Positions 18,901 through 30,900 of a DNA stretch of 64,000 nt are shown piece after piece (position 1 is the first letter of the stretch; every line of letters begins with the position of its first letter). The stretch lies in contig CM120640.1 in NCBI GenBank assembly GCA_051362555.1, positions 49,826,788 through 49,890,787 of the forward strand. The letters run 5' to 3'. Both the position numbers and the translations under genes were made by a program. Below the pieces are notes generated by a model. It did not search any database. It saw only the letters and a program-made list of their open reading frames with translations, and was not told the DNA's origin. The stretch comes from Lingula anatina (Eukaryota > Animalia > Brachiopoda).

Positions 18901-21900
18901 GATATAGCTATTTTGAGATTCATAGTGGTTGCTATTTTAAAATGGGTTCAAAGTGGTTGGTGTGTGCACACATATGCCTTTAAGTTGCCTTTAAGTTTCA
19001 AGCTACCCATTTTTCGCCATCAATTAGGTTTTGTCTTAGAGCATATTATCAGTTTGGGTTATATTGAATATATTTGTGCTTTAGTTACGTGGCATCCCTG
19101 TCCTCCCCACAGAAGAGGGTGAGCTAGAAGAGGAAGCTGAGTGGATCTACAAACATGCTTTCTGCACACAACCTCTGTCCTCACAGGTAAATGAACAGCA
19201 GACACTAATTAACATTTTAAGCATGATTTTCAACTGGCCCCTTTTCTTTTAGAGATTCTTAGCTATTTTGAACTTTAGTACATTATGAATTTAGTTGTCA
19301 AACATTTCAACTAGTGATAGATATTGTCATTGACTTTTGCCTCTGTTTAGGATCAGGATGGTGGGGAAGGCCAGTCATACTACAACCGTAAAGGACCCAG
19401 CACTGTGGTCAAAATTAAAGAAGCTCTACACTTCATGAGGAATGACCAGCTTGAGGTGATACTGCACTCATGTATTGTGCTGTTTGTATGACATTTACTT
19501 TTTGGTTATAATTTTTTTCATCAAATATATGTCGAAATTAAGTTGATAAATGTGTCACAATTTAATGTTGTAAATTGTAATTTTTGTGTTTCTGTTGTAG
19601 GTTCCCTTCATTGCCTTCTACAGAAAAGAATATGTCAACCCAGAACTTAACATAAAAGACTTGTGGAAAGTATGGCAGTGGGATGAAAAGGTAGACTCAA
19701 TAAAGATCTCTATGTCTTTAGAAATTTTAAGATTTTGAAGTATAAGATTGGAAGAGTGCAGACATTGCAAGTTCGACTGTCTTGATGTTGGCAAGAGTAC
19801 TGGTTTGTATTCATTTACTGAAACTAGAAAGCTGTTCTATTTTCAGTGGACTCAGCTGAGGTCAAGAAAGAAGAATTTAGTCAGATTGTTTGAGAAAATG
19901 CAGCAGTATCAGTTTGAGCTGATTGACCCAGAGAAGCCTTTGCCTTCACACTTCAGGTCACTCACATCAGATGATATTGAAAGGTGGGTAAAACTTTGAA
20001 AGTTGTTTTCATCATTTTATAAGCTGAATGATTTTTTTCAAAATTTAACAAAGAGATTCAGGTAAAGTATAATCTCGTGTTTAAAGCTAAACCTGTATAT
20101 TTGTTAAGTTCTTGTGTCCATTCATCATTTTAGGGCCAAAAACATTCAAAGTATGGAGGAATACAAGGATGTTTATCAACATTTCCTGCTGTACTATGGA
20201 GCAGACATTCCAAAGATGAAAAATGCAGAGAAAAAGAAAAAGAAAACTAAACCAGTAAAAGAGAAGGAACCAGAGAAGGATGTTGAAGTGGAGGGGGATG
20301 GAGAGAAGGAGGAGGGGGAGACGGAAGAGGGGGAGGAGGAAAAGAAAGCTAAAGAACCAGAAGAAGAGGAGGAAGAAGAAGAAGACAATACAGTTCACTT
20401 AAAACAGGCCACAAGAAAGACGGGGTATACATTATGCAGTGAAAATGGGCTAGGTAAGTATATGTTATTTATTCTGTTGCAGTGTTTTCAGATCTGTTAT
20501 TGTACCACCAGCGTAGGCGCTGGCGGTACACATGGTTTTAGTCCCGACCCGTATGTTCCGCCGGCTCCTGCGGCTCCTGCGGCTCCGCCGGCTCCTGCGG
20601 CTCCGCCGCCAAGTCACCGTTACCGCTTCTCCTCCTAGACGGTAAGGGCCTCCATACCCATCTCTTGGATTTAGGTCACCTATAATCTCAACTCGTTCCA
20701 CGTAAAATTTTGGCTTTGTCGGTATTGGGGTCTAGGTGTGGCACTCATTGCAATGCACCCTTGTCCAAAAATGGCAAAATTAAATGCTAATTATCTCCCC
20801 TACGGAAGGAATTATGGGAAAAATTTCTACAGACAGCTTTCCAAAAGTCCTATGTATAGATTTCAAATATGCCCTTGGATTTGACCTTTGACCTTTATTT
20901 CAAGGTCAAACGGGCCAAAATTTTCAAAAAAACAAAATTTTTGCCGAAAAAAAAATTATTTGCGGTCTTATTCAGACACCACACAGACTTAACTAATAAT
21001 ATTAATGGAAAGTGTTACCCTTTGGGTCATCTTTCATCTCCGTGAATTTGGGGTCAATCGGTGCATTTTCACGGGAGTAGCGGCCATAAGATATCGAAAC
21101 TGAAAACTGTCTCTAATTCGGGAACCGTTAATGCTAGACACCCATTCTTTTTTGCATTTTGTAGAGCATGTAAAGCCCAACACTGGAGGTGGTCTCCGTT
21201 TTTTTGTATTCCATACGGTTTTCGAGTTACGCTGTATCAAAAAGTACATATTGGTGGTGAAAGCAAAATGTGCAGTACGGTAATGGATAATAGATTTTGA
21301 ACTCTGGAAAAATAAAACATAAGGCTTGGCAAAGCAGACAACTTGTGGTCAAAAATGACATTATTTCATCAAATTTGAACTTCTGTAACTTCAGAGCACC
21401 TCCCATTTCAAGAATTTTGACCAAAATGACCTTTTCTTTATTTTAATTAATTTTTTCTGTAGGAAATTTATGGCACATTATGGTAACTCCAAAATTATAA
21501 CATTTTGTCCCTTATATCTCCAAAACTGGCAGAGATAGGTCCATAGTTACTATTGAAGTTGAATAGGAAGTCATATACTGGCAATCTAAATGTGACCTTA
21601 AAAATGACCTTTGACCTATTTTTCACCATGAACTGAACTTTGCAAATTTTGCTTCCCTTTTATCTCCAAAACTGGCAGAGATAGGTCCATAGTTACTATT
21701 GAACTTGAATAGGAAGTCATATACTGGCAATCTAAATGTGACCTTAAAATTGACCTTTGACCTACTTTTCACCATGAACTGAACTTTGCATATTTTGCTT
21801 CCCCTTTATCTCCAAAACTGGCAGAGATAGGTCCATAGTCTCTATTGAACTTGAATAGGAAGTCATATACTGGCAATCTAAATGTGACCTTAAAATTGAC

Positions 21901-24900
21901 CTTTGACCTACTTTTCACCATGAACTGAACTTTGCAAATTTTGCTTCCCTTTTATCTCCAAAACTGGCAGAGATAGGTCCATAGTCTCTGTTGAACTTGA
22001 ATAGGAAGTCATATACTGAAAATCTACATGTGACCTTAAAATTGACTTTTGACCTACTTTTCACCATGAACTGAACTTTGCAAATTTTGCTTCCCTTTTA
22101 TCTCCAAAACTGGCAGAGATAGGTCCATAGTTACTATTGAACTTGAATAGGAAGTCATATACTGGCAATCTAAATGTGACCTTAAAATTGACCTTTGACC
22201 TACTTTTCACCATGAACTGAACTTTGCATATTTTGCTTCCCCTTTATCTCCAAAACTGGCAGAGATAGGTCCATAGTCTCTATTGAACTTGAATAGGAAG
22301 TCATATACTGGCAATCTAAATGTGACCTTAAAATTGACCTTTGACCTACTTTTCACCATGAACTGAACTTTGCAAATTTTGCTTCCCTTTTATCTCCAAA
22401 ACTGGCAGAGATAGGTCCATAGTCTCTGTTGAACTTGAATAGGAAGTCATATACTGACAATCTACATGTGACCTTAAAATTGACTTTTGACCTACTTTTC
22501 ACCATGAACTGAACTTTGCAAATTTTGATTCCCTTTTATCTCCAAAACTGGCAGAGATAGGTCCATAGTCTCTATTGAAGTTGAATAGGAAGTCATATAC
22601 TGACAATCTACATGTGACCTTAAAATTGACCTTTGACCTACTTTTCACCATGAACTGAACTTTGCAAATTTTGATTCCCTTTTATCTCCAAAACTGGCAG
22701 AGATAGGTCCATAGTTACTATTGAAGTTGAATAGGAAGTCATATACTGGCAATCTTAATGTGACCTTAAAATTGACCTTTGACCTACTTTTCACCAAGAA
22801 CTGAACTTTGCAAATTTTGCTTCCCTTTTATCTCCAAAGTTACGCTGTATCAAAAAGTACATATTGGTGGTGAAAGCAAAATGTGCAGTATGGTAATGGA
22901 AATTAAATTTTGAACTCCGGAAAAATAAAACATAAGGCTTGGCAAAGCAGACAACTTTTGGTCAAAAATGACATTATTTCATCAAATTTGAACATCTGGA
23001 ACTTCAGAGCACCTCCCATTTCAAGAATTTTGACCAAAATGACCTTTTCTTTAATTTAATTAATTTTTTCTGTAGGAAATTTATGGTACATTATGGTAAC
23101 TCCAAAATTATACCATTTAGTCCCTTATATCTCCAAAACTGGCAGAGATAGGTCCATAGTTTCTATTGAAGTTGAATAGGAAGTCATATACTGGCAATCT
23201 AAATGTGACCTTAAAATTGACCTTTGACCTACTTTTCACCATGAACTGAACTTTGCAAATTTTGCTTCCCTTTTATCTCCAAAACTGGCAGAGATAGGTC
23301 CATAGTCTCTGTTGAACTTGAATAGGAAGTCATATACTGGCAATCTACATGTGACCTTAAAATTGACTTTTGACCTACTTTTCACCATGAACTGAACTTT
23401 GCAAATTTTGATTCCCTTTTATCTCCAAAACTGGCAGAGATAGGTCCATAGTCTCTATTGAAGTTGAATAGGAAGTCATATACTGGCAATCTAAAAGTGA
23501 CCTTAAAATTGACCTTTGACCTACTTTTCACCATGAACTGAACTTTGCATATTTTGCTTCCCCTTTATCTCCAAAACTGGCAGAGATAGGTCCATAGTTA
23601 CTATTGAACGTGAATAGGAAGTCATATACTGGCAATCTAAGTGTGACCTTGAAATTGACCTTTGACCTACTTATTATCATGAACTGAACTCTGCTAATTT
23701 CTTTCTCTTTTAACTCCAAACCTGGCAGAGATAGGCCCATAGTTTCTATTGAAGTTGAATAGGAAGTCATATATTGGCAATTAACTGTGACCTTGGAATT
23801 GACCTTTGACCTACCTTACAATGAACTTAACTTTGATTGTACCATTTTTAGTTATATATATATTTTTTGCATATTTTGAAAATTCTTGTTGATTGCATTT
23901 TTACAGCTTGTCAAGCACAAGACTGGTGGCTGTGTTCCTTATTTTGTATATGTGGGGGTCTATACGAATGCGCTTGCTCCAGCTGGTGGTACAATATTCG
24001 GAGGCGGTATCGCCTCTCTGATCCTCTAGTTTTTGAGTGAATTGAAGTGTTTTGTTTTCACAAAATAGAACTCCCTAATGAATTATGATTTAGCATGGTT
24101 TCATTTATATGTTATACTGTGCTATGCTTCAGCTGAGGTTGCTTGCAAATTTGGATTAACCCCAGAGCAGTTTGGTGAGAACTTGCGTGATAACTACCAG
24201 AGACATGAAGTGGAGCAGTACCCCTTGAAACCACTGGATGTGGCCAAAGATTTTATTGTAGGGTAAGTCTTGGGGAAGAAAATTCGGTCACTGTGCCTAT
24301 GTTTAAATGCATATCATTTACAAAGAAAAAAAAAAATTCAGAAAAAGCTGTTTGTTCAATTAAATAAAATGGAGATGATATGCCTGTTAAATCGAAAGTT
24401 CTGTGTTTTTTTATGAGTTGGAGGCATATTTCACTTCTGTTGTAACACAGAGACAGTCCTGTTTACAATGATTAGAGATTTTTGTGTTTTCATTTAGTGT
24501 GTTTAATACAGAAGAAGATGTGTTGAAGGGAGCCAGACATGTGGTGGCCATGCAGATAGCTCATGACCCCCTGGTCAGAGAGGTGGTCAGGGAGACTTTC
24601 TTTGAGAGAGCCACCATTGATTGCAGACCCACTAAGAAAGGCATCAAGGTATGATTTACTTATTTTTTAAATTTTTTACAGAGAAAAAAAAAGCTAATGA
24701 AACTAAGCAGAACAGTTCCCAGAAACGATAAAAAGATACTGATAGATTTTTGTAATGGGTGAAGTTTTCCATGGTCAGTGTTTAGATAATGAAGAAATTT
24801 AATGATTGATGTAATCTGGGAGAATCCTTTTTTATTATGATATATACATCAGCAGATAATAGATGAATAAATGATTTTTTTCTGATCTAGATGATTGATG

Positions 24901-27900
24901 AAGCCCATCCATGTTACACTTGCAAGTACCTGAGACACAAACCAACATCTGATCTTCAGAATGAGCAGTTTCTCAAGATGGTCATGGTAAGTACAAAGAC
25001 AACTGTTTTATGTTTAATTCATGATGTTAGAACCATGAACAATTTATTAATTTTTTTTTTATTTTAGTTAGCTGTGGTGATCAGTATAAAACAAATGAAG
25101 AAGTCTGGTTTTCGTGCATTCTACCTCTGAGACGAATGTGCCTTATGAATAGATTTTTTCTGAGTGGATCAAAACTCCCCATTAGGATAAACTCACAGCC
25201 TTTTCTTTTAAGTAGTGATTTTAATAGTGAAGTACCATAGGGTAAGTACTCATCTTTTCTCACTTCAGGCTGAAGAGGATCAGTTACTGACTATGGACAT
25301 AGGACTCCATGACAAAGATGCCTACTTTGATGATATCAAACAGCTGTTTTATAGGGTAAGAAAAGTGTAGTAGGTTCATGCCTCGATTCAAGAAATTTGA
25401 CTAAATGTTCCTATACAACCTAATTGATTATCATGTAAAAGTAACTGTAAATTTTTTTTTAAATTGGATGCACTTCAACAGATTCAGGTTTTGAAATGTT
25501 CAGAGAATTTGTTAGATTTGATGTTGGTAAGGTATCCAGGAGTGTCTTTATTTTTTTCACCCATGTGTGTTCCAGGATGAGTTCAGTTCACTAGTTCAGG
25601 AGTGGAACAACCAGCGCAGCTTGGCACTGGAGAGGGCACTGAAGGTGATTCTGTTCCCTCAGATGGCCAAGGAACTCAAGACTAAGCTCATACAAGAAGC
25701 AAAGGATGGTGTTGTTCAGGTACAAGGATGTTGATATACTATTTGAAAATTTACTCCTCAAGCTTAAACACTTTCCCCATGATAATAGTCTCATTTTTCA
25801 TTTGTTACTCTAATGTAAAAAGTGTTATGGTAGAAAATTCAAAACTTTGAAATATTTGTAACTAAGGAACAGGAACTTCCTCAGATAGGTATGCAGGCTG
25901 GGCTAAAAAAGTTAAAATGGGACATATTGTTATACTGCTTTTCACTGTGGACCTAAATTATGTTCCCTAATACTCTTCATGACACTCTCACAGAGTTGTG
26001 CCCGCAAACTGTACAACTGGCTGAAGGTGGCCCCTTACCAGACAGACCAGCCCGACCTGGATGACGATGATGATGATTACTCCAAAGGACTGCGTGTACT
26101 GGGGATAGGCTTTGCTCCAGACAGGGAGACAGCAGCATTTGGAGCCCTAATTGATGGGGACGGGGAAGTCACTGAGTACATCAGGCTGCCACATTTGCTT
26201 AAGATGAAAGGAGGGTTTAGAGAAATGGACAGCAAACAGAAGGTGACTGGCAGCACAGTTATGATGAGAATCAGTATTAGTACCTAGGGTTGATGTGGAG
26301 ATCTGTTTCAACTTTTCTTTTCTGATTGAACAGAATTTGTTTTTGTTCCATGAAAGATTGTGTGTTATGAAGCATGTCATCTCATATTGGGATGAACAAA
26401 AACTTATTGATTCATTTAATAGAATACTTTGGAAAATGCACATTCTAAATAAAACTATCATTCTTCCAGAGAGAAGATCTTGAAAAGTTAAAGGATTTTA
26501 TTTCCACCAAGAAGCCTCATGTTATAGCTGTGGCTGCTGATTCATTGTAAGTAACATGGGATTTTGATAATTTTTTCTGATGGAACAGACTTAAGGTTGT
26601 TGGGGCTAGGTCAACTATTTTGAATCATATGCTCTTAATTCATTTGTATCTGAAACTCGCATCAAGTAAAAGGAAATAATGAAGTGTTCTTGTACATTTG
26701 GTGTCATCTCACTGCTTTCTAGACCTGCCAAGAATATCATAGAAGACTTACAGGAGCTGGTGACAGAGCTGGAACAGGAGCAGCAGATGGCACCCATCAA
26801 TGTAGAACTGGTGGATAATGAGCTGGCTCTCATTTATGAGTGCTGCAATAAAGCTGAGGTGGGGATAGATGCTTAAATAATGATGATGGCTATCCACAGT
26901 TTATGGATTGATGAAGCTAATTAGTGAATGTATTTATAGATGAAGGTGTTTGCTTGATTTAGTTCCTTTGAGTAAAAACAACTAAGTGAACTAGTACTTT
27001 CTTGATATTGCATATTTTGAAGTGGGTTGGTTGAAGTTGGGGGGGGGTGGGGGGGGTGGACAGATCGGGGATTGTTAGTATATTATTTGGTTTTAAACTT
27101 TGTATTTCTTTCAGTCTGATTTCCGGGATTATCCTCCACTACTGAGGCAGGCCATCTCTGTGGCTAGGAGACTGCAGGACCCTCTCATAGAATTTGCACA
27201 GATGTTTAATACAGATGAGGACATCTTGTGTCTGAAATATCATCCTTTGCAGGTAAGAATATATGCTTAAAACATGACTGCAGACAAAACATGCAAATTT
27301 ATAAAAAGAAACCAGTGATCAAAATTGAAAGACTGCAAGAAGACATATAAGCCTCAGTGATAAGCATAGTAAGTTTTGTCCATATATCATTCTATCTCCC
27401 CATCCCCCAGTTTTCTGAACGAAATGTGAATGGTCAATACTGATGGACATGACTCTGTTTCAGGACCAAGTGAGCAAAGATGATCTGCTGAATGCCCTGA
27501 ACCTGGAGTTTGTGAACAGAGTGAATGAAGTGGGGGTGGATGTGAACAGAGCAGTGGCACACTCCCACACATCACATCTAGTACAGTTTGTTTGTGGCCT
27601 GGGGCCAAGAAAGGGGGCATATCTACTGAAGGTAAGACATAGGGCCTCTGTTCAGGTTCATGAAGAAAAAGAGGCAATTGTATCTATTAAGAATTAAGAT
27701 AACAGCTGCTATGGCATTTTGAGCAAGATATAGTCTATGGTGAATTTACAGCATGGTAAAGGAAGCATCAGTTCACTTAACATATGTGTACAATTTTCAG
27801 CAACACTTTATAGGGATTGGAAAACAAACTGAATTTGGTTTTGAGAAGTTTTTCTCAATACATATTAAGGAAAGTTTAATGCAAATTAATTTTTTTCTTC

Positions 27901-30900
27901 AGATTTTGAAGCAGAACAATGCTCGTTTGGAGAACAGAACTCAGTTGGTCACCCTGTGCCACATGGGGCCCAAAGTGTTCATTAACTGTGCTGGGTTTAT
28001 CAAAATAGACACTAACTCTCTTGGAGACAGCACTGATGCCTATGTGGAGGTCCTTGATGGCTCTCGTGTCCACCCAGAGACCTATGACTGGGCAAGGAAG
28101 ATGGCTGTTGATGCCCTGGAGTATGATGACACAGCAGAGGATGCTAACCCTGCAGGTGCCCTGGAGGAGATCCTGGAGAGCCCTGAGAGGCTCAAAGACC
28201 TGGATCTGGATGCCTTTGCTGAGGAACTGGAGAGACAGGTCAGGACTGCAAGAATGAAAACTTATGTGATTTGGTTATACAAATTCATATGAAGGGAAAT
28301 CAGTTACCGATCAGATATATGTGGGTTTTATGGAATAGATAGCAAAAAAGGATTGGTAAAGTATAATAGTTTAGATGAGAATTTTAAACAAACAATTAGA
28401 AAACTTGAATGAGAAAGAAGAAATAATTTTGGATGTGGTTCACTGAACACTACATTTACATCATGCTAAATATATATTGCAGAACTATGGTAACAAGCAC
28501 ATCACCCTGTATGACATCAGAGCTGAGCTGAATCACAGATACAAAGACCTGAGAACACCTTACAGACCACCTTCAGAGGAGGAACGGTTTAATATGCTCA
28601 CTAAAGAAACCCCACAGACTTTCTACATTGGTAACATATTTTCATTCACTCTGTTTGTGTTACTGATATTTCTTTGTATTATGTTTTATTGGTTATTGTA
28701 ATTTAATGAGAACTTTGAAAGCAAGAAATCTGCAAGGCAAGGATTTTTTTATCTATTAGAAATGGTGATATATCTCCATGATTACAATCCGTATTATCAT
28801 GTCATACATTATTTTTCATATTAAATCATTCCAGGCAAGCTGATAATGTGCAGAGTTAATGGGTTTGCGTTCAGAAAGCCTCACGGGGATCAGTTAGACC
28901 AGGCTAACCCAGTAAGGAATGATGAGACTGGACTGTGGCAGTGCCCATTCTGTATGACAAATGATTTTCCAGAATTGAGTGAGGTAAGGATAAATCTTCA
29001 TGTGCTATTATCTCTTTAATACTTGAAAATTTTGCTGTCCTGAATTAAATGTGTAGACCTAGAAGTATCAATTAAATGGGATAAGTGACTTCTATCAGTG
29101 TTTTGCAACATGCCATAGACCAAATTTTTAAAAACCATTCCTCTACATTTATCATTCAGTTAGCATGTGACAATGGATGGAGAATTATGATTTTGATTAA
29201 GTTTTTCTGTCATGTGTTACAGGTTTTTGATAAATAAATGTAACATGACATCCTGGACAGCCTGAACAGTGATATTAAGCTGAATAATTGGTTTCTAGGT
29301 TTGGAGTCACTTTGATGCGGGCAGCTGTCCAGGCACTGTGGTTGGGGTCAAGGTCAGGCTGGACAATGGCTGTAGAGGGTTCCTGCCCAACAGAAACATT
29401 AGTGATAAACATGTTACAAATCCTGAGGAAAGAGTCAAGGTATCACAAGCTGTATTAATATATGATTTGAAGATTTTAGTAATATGACACTGTGACTGGG
29501 GCATAGAAGGCTGGCTCCACAGTGTGTGATATGTCAGTGTGAGTGCTTTGATCTTGTATTTTACCCTTACGATCCCAAACTATGATAAGCCTGATTGAGG
29601 ATTAACATATATATATATGTAAATTAAAGTTGATTTTAAAATTGAAATTCGAAAGAATGGGAGGACTAATAGCTATTGTATCTGTTATTAGAATGGGATG
29701 ATCCTACACAGCCGTATCACTAAGATTAACATTGAGAGGTTTGAGGTGGAGGTCACCTGTAGGACATCAGACTTAGTGGACAAAGAGGGAACATGGAGGT
29801 AAGATACAGTACTTGGCAAATTTTAACTTTTTATATGCCAAATTAACTGAAATGTATGATAATTTTTCTTGTTTATAATATTATAAATGGAGCTTGATAC
29901 CAAAAATGCTTATCTGTATTTGGATATTTTGAAGGCCTGCCAAGGACCGTTATTATGATATTGAGTTGGAAGAAGCAGATATGAAGAAAGAAGATGATAA
30001 GAAAAAGCTTCAGGCCAGGCAAAGTAAGTAGCTGGCATATATGTTTATTTTGGAATTTCTGCCTTCTCTGACATCCCTGAAAACATCTTCATTTTATGTA
30101 TTTCAGAGACAAAAGTAATCAACTAAGCATGTGTTCATCATCTTAAGTCACTCTATCATCTTAATTTAGTTTGAAAAGAAGTGGAATAAATTTATGGTAG
30201 AAAATTTATAGTGGTGAGGAAGAGGGGAAAATACCAGGGTTGATCAAAAAGATATGAAATATTTTTGTAGACAGCAAATTGATAATTCTAAGGATAGAGG
30301 GGAATTTCCTAGTCTAGTGTACTTTTCTTTGATTGCAGCTTACATCAAAAGAGTCATAGTTCATCCATCGTTTCACAACATTGACTTTAGAACATGTGAG
30401 AAACTGATGGCTAACATGGACCAAGGAGAGGTCATCATAAGGCCAAGTAGTAAGGTACTGTATACAGTTAATGTAGTATCTGAATGACAGTTAATGTAGT
30501 ATCTGAATGATAGATAGTAACTGTACTAAAACATTTTAGCATGTTCCTAAGTCCAACTTAAGTTTGATAGGAATAGCAAAAGTGTTATAGCTTTTAAGAA
30601 AATGACTTCATAAGGACCACAGAACATGTTTTTTCCCCTTAAATGTTTGGTTTTAAGATCTGGAATAGAAATATACAAGATGGGTGTCAAAATGAATGTA
30701 GCTAAATGGACTCATTTCCAGGGTGCAGACCACTTGACTGTGACGTGGAAAGTTACAGAAGGTGTTTACTCTCACATAGATGTCAAAGAAGATGGCAAAG
30801 AGAACGCTTTCAGTCTGGGACAGTCCTTACTCATAGGCAATGATGTAGGTTTATGAAATTTTGGGAATGTCCTTTACTACATTAAAAAAGTATAATCATA

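Noticed and set aside
20454-20701. Pro/Ala-rich extension of ORF 20114-20638 and the RSRRSRR antisense ORF
   Set aside because: These are read-through past the SPT6 donor at 20453 into the 9-bp minisatellite of the transposon, not a separate gene.
21515-23835. CRISPR-like regular repeats
   Set aside because: Units are contiguous near-identical 146-mers with no unique spacers or cas genes, and the context is eukaryotic.
25090-25165. Possible C/D snoRNA in an SPT6 intron (ATGAAGA...CTGA...CTGA, ~70 nt)
   Set aside because: The C box is imperfect, there is no terminal stem, and I recognise no rRNA or snRNA complementarity. An Rfam/snoscan search would be needed.
27039-27059. G-tract with G-quadruplex potential in an SPT6 intron
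   Set aside because: A simple homopolymer-type run, with similar runs elsewhere in the window and no specific evidence of function.
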